The notes under the pieces are model-generated. The model had not been told where the DNA came from and made no database searches. It saw only the letters and a list, made by a program, of their open reading frames with translations. From an uncultured Anaerolineales bacterium (GTDB lineage: Bacteria; Chloroflexota; Anaerolineae; Anaerolineales; UBA11858), in assembly GCA_964481465.1 (NCBI GenBank), contig CAYZTL010000011.1, positions 38,022 to 102,021 on the forward strand: a stretch of DNA of 64,000 nt, written 5' to 3'. Position numbers and translations under genes: made by a program. Positions 56,845 to 64,000 of the stretch are shown here, piece by piece. Within the stretch, counting starts at the first letter, position 1. Every line of letters begins with the position of its first letter.

Positions 56845-57687
56845 ATGATTAGACAAAAAACATCCACCCCAAAGAAATTCCAGGAAAGGAGTTCAGCGTA
56901 CTCTTCTCTCAAAATATCCCTTATCTACGTGATCCTTGGCATTGCCTGGATACTGTTCTCAGATACCATCGCTCTCGTCATTTTTCAACAGGATGTTGAC
57001 CGCCTCTCATCCATCCAAACCTTTAAAGGAACGCTGTACGTGGTTACGACCGCGGTGGTCCTTTTCATCCTCATGGAGCGAGATTTCCGAAAGATCAATC
57101 AATCCCAGCAAGTGTTGAAGGATAGTTATCACGCCACGCTAGGAGGTTGGGTCCAAGCGCTCCACCTGCGTGATGAAGAAACGCAAGAACATACACAGCG
57201 CGTGATCGAAGATTGTATAAAACTGGCAAAAGCAATGAAGGTAGACGAGAAATCGCTCATTCATATCCGCCGTGGAGCGCTTCTCCATGACATTGGCAAG
57301 TTGGGCATTTCCGATGACATATTGATGAAATCGGGTGCGCTTACCCCCGAAGAAAGGAAAATCATTGAGTTGCACCCTGTGTTTGCCCGGGATTTGATCC
57401 GTGATATCGAATTTCTCCAACCTGCGTTAGCTATCCCCTACTGCCATCACGAGAAATGGGATGGCAGTGGATACCCCCAAGGATTGCAGGGCGAGGAAAT
57501 CCCCCTTGAAGCGCGGATCTTTGCCGTCATCGATGTCTGGGATGCCTTGACCAGTGATCGCCCTTACCGCGATGCCTGGACCGACAAAGAAGCGGAACGG
57601 TATATCCTGGAACAATCCGGAAAACACTTTGATCCCCAGGTAGTGGATACCTGGCAGAAAGTTTTCCAGATTTCCAACCACACATAG
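56845..57687 (+). CDS. Membrane-bound HD-GYP phosphodiesterase
   Basis: Two TMs (WILFSD, QTFKG), RDEETQEH..RV, GALLHDIGK, HHEKWDGSGYP.GL.GEEIP, DRPYR. Confidence 0.92.
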   Translation: MIRQKTSTPKKFQERSSAYSSLKISLIYVILGIAWILFSDTIALVIFQQDVDRLSSIQTFKGTLYVVTTAVVLFILMERDFRKINQSQQVLKDSYHATLGGWVQALHLRDEETQEHTQRVIEDCIKLAKAMKVDEKSLIHIRRGALLHDIGKLGISDDILMKSGALTPEERKIIELHPVFARDLIRDIEFLQPALAIPYCHHEKWDGSGYPQGLQGEEIPLEARIFAVIDVWDALTSDRPYRDAWTDKEAERYILEQSGKHFDPQVVDTWQKVFQISNHT

Positions 57688-57972
57688 TAAAGGCGAATGG
57701 TAAGGCAAATACTCATCCTGAGCCTGAGATCAGGGAGAGCGGCCTCACCCATCTCCCTCCAAACAATAGGACCTTTCCAGATCATCATCATCCCCCTTCC
57801 GATAGGGAAACCCATCCCCAGCATCCGCCCCCTTCCCTCACTTTCTAATCGTTGACTTCGACTTCCCCCAATAAACCTCATTCTGTTCATTCAATCTCGT
57901 GTTACACTACCTATGTCACACACGTTTTCATGCATGGGCGTTGGCAAAACCTGATCAGATGAGGAGGAAATC

Positions 57973-58329
57973 ATGGAAAAACGCTTCAAGGTGCTTCGCA
58001 CCATCGGAAAGATTTATAAGATCTTGGGGATCATTGCGGCTGTCTTCACGATCCTTACTGCACTCGGCATATGTGCGTTAAGTGTACTTGGTACAGCTAC
58101 AATGAGTCGTTACGCTCAGGAATGGGGAGGAACTCCCATGCCCATCGGGGTGAGGGCATGGGGTACAATAAGCGGCGTTATCGGCGGTCTGATTATCATC
58201 TTTATTGGAGCGATGATCACAGTTACATTTTATGGTTTAGGGGAAGGTGTGGAACTGCTGATAGCCCTGGAGGAGAACACCCGGAAATCCGCTGACCTGC
58301 TGAATGAGATGGGTTCCTCAACCGAATAA
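57973..58329 (+). CDS. Two-TM membrane protein (DUF4282-like)
   Basis: KRF..LR.IG.IYKILG, C-terminal E...LLIALEENTR; GAGGAGG RBS. Confidence 0.8.
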   Translation: MEKRFKVLRTIGKIYKILGIIAAVFTILTALGICALSVLGTATMSRYAQEWGGTPMPIGVRAWGTISGVIGGLIIIFIGAMITVTFYGLGEGVELLIALEENTRKSADLLNEMGSSTE

Positions 58330-58355
58330 AACCGTTCGCCGCCCGGAGGTCATCT

Positions 58356-59420
58356 TTGAAAATTGCCATCAGCGCCGATCACCATCTTACCACGCAGGAA
58401 ACGCATCCGGAAAGATTCACAGCGATGGAGGATATCCTCCATCGCTGTGCTGACACCGGGGTCGACCTCTTGATCATTGCTGGAGACCTATTTGATCAAA
58501 CCAACCCCCATTATGCTGATTTTGAAGATCTCTTCCGCGAACACTGTCCCCCAGACCTGCTTACCTACATCCTCCCTGGAAACCATGATGTGGGATTGAG
58601 CGGAGATGCCCTAACCTTGGAGGATGTCAATGTCTATGCGAATCCAACCCTGGTTTCACCTCTGGAGGATGGACCCCAAATCCTCCTTCTCCCCTATCAA
58701 GCGGATGCTACTATGGGAGAAGAGATCGCACCCTTTGCGGAAGACCTCACCGCCCACCATTGGCTGTTAGTCAGCCATGGGGATTGGACCCGCGGTCAGA
58801 AATACCCCGACCCCTATGAACCGGGCCTGTACATGCCCCTTACCCAAACTGACTTGGATACCTATAAACCCCGGAAAGTCTTTCTGGGGCACATCCATCG
58901 ACCCATGGACCAGGCTCCCATCCATTATTCGGGATCCCCCTGCCCGTTAAACATCACGGAAACCGGCTTGCGGCGCTTCTTGACCTATGATACGCAGAGT
59001 GGAGAGGTCACTTCTCACTTGGTGAACAGCCCTTTGCTCTACTTTCAAGAAACCTTCTTGGTCTTCCCTGTAGAGGATGAGGTCGCTCATCTGAGCGAAC
59101 AAATCTCAGACCGGGTTCAATCCTGGGACCTACCGGAAGGATGGGAGGATAAGGTCCAGATTCGAGTCACAGTCACCGGCTACACTCGTAACCGAGCTGC
59201 CATTAAAGAGACAATAATCAAGGGATTTGAACCGTACTCATTCGTTGAAGACCAAGGACCAGATCTTTCTGAATTGAAACACTCGCTAGACCCCGATCGA
59301 GCCCATATCGCCCAGCAAGTGAAAATCTGGGTGGATGATCTAGAATGGGCAGACAGCCCTCGCCAGCCGGATAAAGACCAAATTCTCGCTGAAGCCCTGA
59401 AAGCCATCTATGGAGCCTGA
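58356..59420 (+). CDS. SbcD/Mre11/YhaO-like metallophosphoesterase nuclease
   Basis: ADHH, AGDLFD, PGNHD, SHG, LGHIH, YSGS motifs. Confidence 0.9.
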   Translation: MKIAISADHHLTTQETHPERFTAMEDILHRCADTGVDLLIIAGDLFDQTNPHYADFEDLFREHCPPDLLTYILPGNHDVGLSGDALTLEDVNVYANPTLVSPLEDGPQILLLPYQADATMGEEIAPFAEDLTAHHWLLVSHGDWTRGQKYPDPYEPGLYMPLTQTDLDTYKPRKVFLGHIHRPMDQAPIHYSGSPCPLNITETGLRRFLTYDTQSGEVTSHLVNSPLLYFQETFLVFPVEDEVAHLSEQISDRVQSWDLPEGWEDKVQIRVTVTGYTRNRAAIKETIIKGFEPYSFVEDQGPDLSELKHSLDPDRAHIAQQVKIWVDDLEWADSPRQPDKDQILAEALKAIYGA

Positions 59421-59422
59421 TC

Positions 59423-61519
59423 ATGCCCGTGTGGATTGAACGCCTTAATGTCGAAAATTTGGGGCCCATAAGCGAGCAGTTATTCGCCTTTGACCGCTTT
59501 AACCTGATATATGGCGCCAATGAGACCGGGAAAACGTTCCTGGTCGAATTCTTACTTCGCTCCCTTTTCCGCCATGCATCCAAATGGTCTTTGCGAGATT
59601 TGCCCGGGCGTGGAAAGGTCTCTCTGCGGGGTTTAAATGAAGAGTTCGTGGATTTCACACCGGGCAGTCGGAAAAAATTGGAGGATTATTGGGAAGAGGA
59701 TGAAAACGGTCTACCTGCAAACATGGCTCAATTGTTGGTGGTCAAAGGGGGCGAGTTAGACCTCTCCAGAAAAACTCCTGGAGGTGTGGGTCGAGCGGTC
59801 CTTAAAACCGCCCTTTCCCGGGAGACGCTTTTGGATCAAATTTTAGAGTCGATTCGACAAACGGTCCAAAACGCTGAGATCCGGGAAGGAGAAATCATCG
59901 CTGACCGGAGGGCGAAGAATGTTAAACGGAGAGAAGAGCTGAGGGAAAACCTGCGTAAAATGGAGAACATCCAGGATCAGGTGGAGAAAAAGTACTCTCG
60001 AGGTCCCATCCGCACTTTAGAACTCAAATTAGAAAACGTGCAATCCTCCCTTGCAGAACAACAGCGCGCCAAACGGTATCGAGCGTATCAACTGCAAAAA
60101 GAAAGGGAAGAATGGGAGGAGAAACGAAAAAACTTGCCCGATCAAAAAATCGAAGTGCTGCGCGATCACATCCGTGATTACCAACAAACCAAAAAAACCC
60201 TTCTCGATAAAAAGGAACAGCTCCAAGAAAAAAAGGAAGCCAGCCAACATTATCTGTGGCTGAAAAAGGCGGTAGAGACCTGGGAAAGCCAGGACCTCGA
60301 TCGGAGCGGACAGCCGAATCGCATCTTTATGATCGGGGGCTTCCTGCTTATCATAACCGGTTTGGCTTTAATCTTCTTCCAACAACCTGCGCTTGTGCTG
60401 GTTCCCTCTTCCTTAGGCATACTCAGTTTGGCCTATTACTTCTGGCGCTTCCACCGCTGGTCAACTTCCGCAGCTCAATCCCAGGAGCGGGAAAACATCC
60501 AAAAAACTTACCAAGAACATTTCGGAAATACCCTCCGCGGTGTCGCAGAACTCAAAGCCCGCTTGGAAGCAATCCAGGAAACTCACATCAAAGCCGAACA
60601 GATCCAGAAAGACATTGAAGGCTTAGAGAATCAGAAAAAGTCCCTCTCCAATCACATCCAATCTCAATTTCAAGACCTCATAGGGGAGGAAGTTGAGGAA
60701 GAGGATTGGCAAGAGGAAGTGACCACCCTGCGCGAAAAGGCAAAAGAGCTCAATGAAAATATCAAAGACTTGGAATTGGAATCCCGTGCATTAGGTGTGG
60801 CAGAAACTGAATATCGCTCTCAACCTGCTGGTGTACCATATCAAGAACGGAAATTGGAGGATTTGAAGAAGAGAAGAGAAGAAATCAAGGCGGACATCCT
60901 GGCTGCTGAGGACAAACTTAACAATTTAAAGCAAAGCATCTGTACGTGGACTGGAGACGACATCAATACACCTTGGAATAAAGCCCTGGAACATTTACAA
61001 GATGAGTATAGGCGGTTGCGGAAGGACTACAAACAACTCACAGCGGAGATCGTGGCCAAAATCGGGGTCACCCAGGTTCTTGAACAGGTCAGAGAGCAAG
61101 AAGACGAGAAAATACGCCAAGGTCTGCGTTCAAAAGAAGTGATCGAGATCTTAGAATCGGTGACAGAGGTTTATCAATCCCTGGATCTAGCTGGTGAGCA
61201 GGTTCTGGTAAAAGGTGCATATGGCGATTACCCGTTGCGCGAATTGAGCACCGGCGCCCAAGAACAAATCCTGTTGGCCCTGCGCATGGGATTCGCTTCC
61301 CGGTTTGGTGGTGGTCAACCCCTGTTCATGATCCTGGATGATGCCTTCCAGCATTCCGATTGGCAGCGACGGGAGCGGTTAGTGAAGAAAGTGATCCACT
61401 TCGCGAAAAACGATTGGCAGGTCATTTACCTGACCATGGACGATCACCTCCGGGACCTTTTCCGGGAAGCAGGCGAAAGACTATTCCCGAAGCATTTTAC
61501 TTTCCACGAATTGATATAA
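59423..61519 (+). CDS. Rad50/YhaN-like SMC ATPase with an internal TM hairpin
   Basis: GANETGKT Walker A, coiled coils, two central hydrophobic helices, LSTGAQEQ signature, ILDDAFQHSD Walker B/D-loop. Confidence 0.9.
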   Translation: MPVWIERLNVENLGPISEQLFAFDRFNLIYGANETGKTFLVEFLLRSLFRHASKWSLRDLPGRGKVSLRGLNEEFVDFTPGSRKKLEDYWEEDENGLPANMAQLLVVKGGELDLSRKTPGGVGRAVLKTALSRETLLDQILESIRQTVQNAEIREGEIIADRRAKNVKRREELRENLRKMENIQDQVEKKYSRGPIRTLELKLENVQSSLAEQQRAKRYRAYQLQKEREEWEEKRKNLPDQKIEVLRDHIRDYQQTKKTLLDKKEQLQEKKEASQHYLWLKKAVETWESQDLDRSGQPNRIFMIGGFLLIITGLALIFFQQPALVLVPSSLGILSLAYYFWRFHRWSTSAAQSQERENIQKTYQEHFGNTLRGVAELKARLEAIQETHIKAEQIQKDIEGLENQKKSLSNHIQSQFQDLIGEEVEEEDWQEEVTTLREKAKELNENIKDLELESRALGVAETEYRSQPAGVPYQERKLEDLKKRREEIKADILAAEDKLNNLKQSICTWTGDDINTPWNKALEHLQDEYRRLRKDYKQLTAEIVAKIGVTQVLEQVREQEDEKIRQGLRSKEVIEILESVTEVYQSLDLAGEQVLVKGAYGDYPLRELSTGAQEQILLALRMGFASRFGGGQPLFMILDDAFQHSDWQRRERLVKKVIHFAKNDWQVIYLTMDDHLRDLFREAGERLFPKHFTFHELI

Positions 61520-61831
61520 TCTTCCCCCTAAAAGAAAACGCATTTCCGCCATGATCCAAAATAAAGAAACAGATCTCCCTTTCTAAAAACTGAAGATTTT
61601 TCCGCCGCGGTTCCAATATCTGGTTCTCATTGAAAACCCATACAATCCCCTGGATAAACAGCCTCCAATCGGCCAAATCAAAAAGACTTAAAAAATGGTA
61701 AAACCTTATCTCCGTAAGAAAAAACATGCTACAATCCAGTGGAAAGGAAAAGATTTCCGAGAAAAAGAAATGAGATGTTTGACCTTGGAATCTATGGGTC
61801 GAAATTTCTTGATTAGGGAGGTTACTTGCAA

Positions 61832-62014
61832 ATGTCGAACGTCGGCAGAAAAAAAGCAATCACGGTGATCTTAATTTTCATTTTCTCTACAATCCTCGCG
61901 AGTTGCACAAATACAGGGCTGAGTTTCTTAGATGATGTCTACGATACAATTTGCTGCTTTTCCCCGGCGATGATTTTGACGCTGGGTATTGTCGCCCTCT
62001 CTTTCCATAAATAA
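61832..62014 (+). CDS. Mini-lipoprotein 1 (lipobox LASC, CCFSPA motif, C-terminal hydrophobic helix)
   Basis: GGAGG RBS; signal peptide II; paralogous to the next ORF. Confidence 0.8.
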   Translation: MSNVGRKKAITVILIFIFSTILASCTNTGLSFLDDVYDTICCFSPAMILTLGIVALSFHK

Positions 62015-62089
62015 GTTGGCTAATGTACTCTTGCTGGTTGAAGACCATAGAAAAATAAACTTTCATTCATCCTATGTAGGAGGTTATCT

Positions 62090-62272
62090 ATGAAAAAGAG
62101 AGCTGGAATATTGGCGTTGATGATCACGCTGGTGGCATTTTCTGCACTCACCCTCACCGGATGTGTCATGGATCAATTTGGCGAAATGTTCGCAGATTGT
62201 TGCTTTTCACCGGCCATGATATTGCCACTAGGATTCTTGGCCTTAGCTTTTTATAACCGATATACGCCATAA
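62090..62272 (+). CDS. Mini-lipoprotein 2 (lipobox LTGC, CCFSPA motif)
   Basis: GGAGG RBS; CCFSPAMIL identical to copy 1, with 4 synonymous codon differences. Confidence 0.82.
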   Translation: MKKRAGILALMITLVAFSALTLTGCVMDQFGEMFADCCFSPAMILPLGFLALAFYNRYTP

Positions 62273-62547
62273 TCCATTCCGTCCCCTCTCATATTGTCAT
62301 CGCACCCCGAGGAGAAGTAACAATTGGGGACCTTTTATCGTTTAAACTTAAAATCCATCCTCCCCTTTCTTCGGTATTGGTTTGGATGACTACGTCAGGA
62401 CATTTCTCTTTGTTCAAGTCGCCAAACCAAATCAGATATATTTACAACACATGCGAATCCGAGTAAATGACTTACCCAAATATGATCCAAACTGATTGAG
62501 ATAACATCAAAATTTCTGAAACCTTAACGCAGATAAGGAGATTGCAG

Positions 62548-62724
62548 ATGAAGACGAAAGCCATAAAAGCATTCATTGTCTTGAACTTGGCGTTTCTTTT
62601 TTCACTGCTCCTCACCAGTTGTTCAGATTATGACTTCTACGAGTGTTGGGGGCCAGGGTGTTGGACACCTGCAATATCCCTGGTATTCATCGTCCTGACC
62701 GTTTATGGCCAACGTAACATATAA
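62548..62724 (+). CDS. Mini-lipoprotein 3 (lipobox LTSC, C-WGPG-CWTPA motif)
   Basis: AAGGAG RBS; same architecture as copies 1 and 2. Confidence 0.75.
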   Translation: MKTKAIKAFIVLNLAFLFSLLLTSCSDYDFYECWGPGCWTPAISLVFIVLTVYGQRNI

Positions 62725-62819
62725 ACCAGAGATAACTCTTCAAACTCCTTCTGATCTCGCTCTTTGACCTGATGAGTTTGACCAATAAAAACTAGAACCT
62801 AGTCGCAATAATTCTTCCT

Positions 62820-63458
62820 ATGGAATATCTTGACGCCATCCTTATCCCCGGTGGTGGATTGAGCAAAACAGGGCGTCTCCATCCCTGGACGAAAGCCAGG
62901 TTAGACGTGGCTTTAGAGCATGACCAGAATAAGGTTATATATCTGTTATTAAGCGGGGGAACCGTACACAAGCCGCCGCCTTTAAATGAAGATGGATTCC
63001 CCCTATTTGAATCCCGTGTCGCTGCCGAATATCTCATTGATAAGGGCGTCCAGGCGCAGCGCATCCTGACGGAAATCAGCTCGTACGATACAATTGGGAA
63101 CGCTTTTTTCTCCCGGATGATTCACATCCAACCCCGGAAGTTCCAGAATCTGCTTGTAATCACTTCCCAATTCCATCTGAAAAGGGTTCAAACGGCATTC
63201 CACTGGGTTTACAGCTTGACCCCCCTCCCCATCCCCTTTCGAGTTTCCATTAAATCCTCGCCCAATCAAGGCTTGAGCGGGAAATTACTGCAAGCCAGAA
63301 AAGCGAAAGAGAGCCGGAGCCTTAAATCATTGCAAAAACTCACCCAAGACATCCACACTTTGCAAGAATTTCACCGCTGGTTTTTCACCGAGCATGCGGC
63401 CTATGCTGTGGGAAAAATCCCGGATCGGCTTCAGGGAAATATTACGGATTCGTACTGA
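62820..63458 (+). CDS. YdcF/DUF218 (ElyC-like) protein
   Basis: DAILIPGGG, LLSGG, ES.VAAEYL, E..SYDTIGNA, VITS.FH..R. Confidence 0.88.
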   Translation: MEYLDAILIPGGGLSKTGRLHPWTKARLDVALEHDQNKVIYLLLSGGTVHKPPPLNEDGFPLFESRVAAEYLIDKGVQAQRILTEISSYDTIGNAFFSRMIHIQPRKFQNLLVITSQFHLKRVQTAFHWVYSLTPLPIPFRVSIKSSPNQGLSGKLLQARKAKESRSLKSLQKLTQDIHTLQEFHRWFFTEHAAYAVGKIPDRLQGNITDSY

Positions 63459-63503
63459 AATCTAGCTGGTTGCAGATCAAGGAACTTCCTGTCAGATGCG
63501 AAT

Positions 63504-64000
63504 TCATCTCAACCCCCTCTTTTCCTCTTCCGCCCGTTCTGTCAATATCACGTATCCCGTGCCAAGCATGATAGCCAGAGGGTAAACGAGATCCACCCAA
63601 GCCATTTTGAAACCCCACACCAAACGGATAAGCGGGGTGAACGTCAAAATCCAGATCCCCACCATCCATTTCCGCTTTTGGGCCAGGATAGCAAAGGCCG
63701 GAGCCAGCAGGACATAATGGCTTCCAAGGGCGTAGGGGGAAAATAACAAATTAGTGGAAAGTGCCAAAGTCAAGGTTTTTTTGTCTACATCCTTCGCCTT
63801 GATGATGGCAATTAGAAAGACAACGCTTATCACAATGAACAGCCACAACGCGAAATCCCTTTGGATTCCCAAATGTGAGAAAAGTCGCCACAGCGAGGTT
63901 TGTGGTTTGATATTTGGGGGATGCTCAGCCAAAGCCCGGAGGTATCGTAAAGGCCAACGAAGGCCGAAAATCGGGAACGACACAGCAGCGGTTATGCCCA
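63504..64000 (-). CDS. Multi-TM glycosyltransferase family 87-like (DUF2029) protein, 5' part outside the window
   Basis: The frame is open to the window end; hydrophobic helices; LFSPYALGSHYVLL motif resembles the GT87 C-terminal pattern. Confidence 0.6.
   Translation of the reverse strand, partial: GITAAVSFPIFGLRWPLRYLRALAEHPPNIKPQTSLWRLFSHLGIQRDFALWLFIVISVVFLIAIIKAKDVDKKTLTLALSTNLLFSPYALGSHYVLLAPAFAILAQKRKWMVGIWILTFTPLIRLVWGFKMAWVDLVYPLAIMLGTGYVILTERAEEEKRGLR

Noticed and set aside
1-64000. CRISPR arrays, IS/transposases, integrases, prophage genes, rRNA
   Set aside because: No regularly spaced repeats, terminal inverted repeats with transposase ORFs, tyrosine/serine recombinase motifs or phage structural genes were seen. 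The S74 domain occurs without phage context.

Overview
This is a 64 kb chromosomal window from a Gram-positive-type promoter/RBS bacterium, with gene content and sequence style typical of Chloroflexota (Anaerolineae). The taxonomy is inferred from protein families, not from a marker gene. Housekeeping genes include ndk, a TIGR03960/TIGR03936 radical SAM pair, nadE, tRNA-Arg(CCG), ilvE, fpr, a DegV protein, ychF, addAB and an Mre11/Rad50-like pair. A ~19 kb general-stress/dormancy-like cluster spans 10.9-29.4 kb (HPF, baeRF, OsmC, PRC-barrels, AI-2E, S2P-CBS, YihY, Fpg/Nei, GalT, TreT, SixA, Tal). Three genes are broken by clean internal deletions (prsW, copB, treT). No transposase, integrase, prophage, rRNA or CRISPR array was seen. 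The most unusual elements are: (1) three tandem ~60-aa mini-lipoproteins with a conserved Cys motif and a C-terminal hydrophobic helix (61.8-62.7 kb); (2) a lipoprotein with an SH3-like domain, an autocleaving S74/ICA chaperone and a C-terminal TM anchor, giving a MYRF-like topology (48.2-49.5 kb); (3) a MalT/TPR/BTAD regulator with a low-GC TPR insert, followed by a direct-repeat promoter, an unannotated 13-aa peptide with a perfect RBS, an NHLP-clan-like orphan and two HD-GYP genes (50.6-57.7 kb); (4) an 8-gene MglA/roadblock/DUF4388/HAMP-only operon (35-41 kb); (5) a probable AUU start for addB; and (6) a >1500-aa acidic TPR protein studded with PDW motifs.
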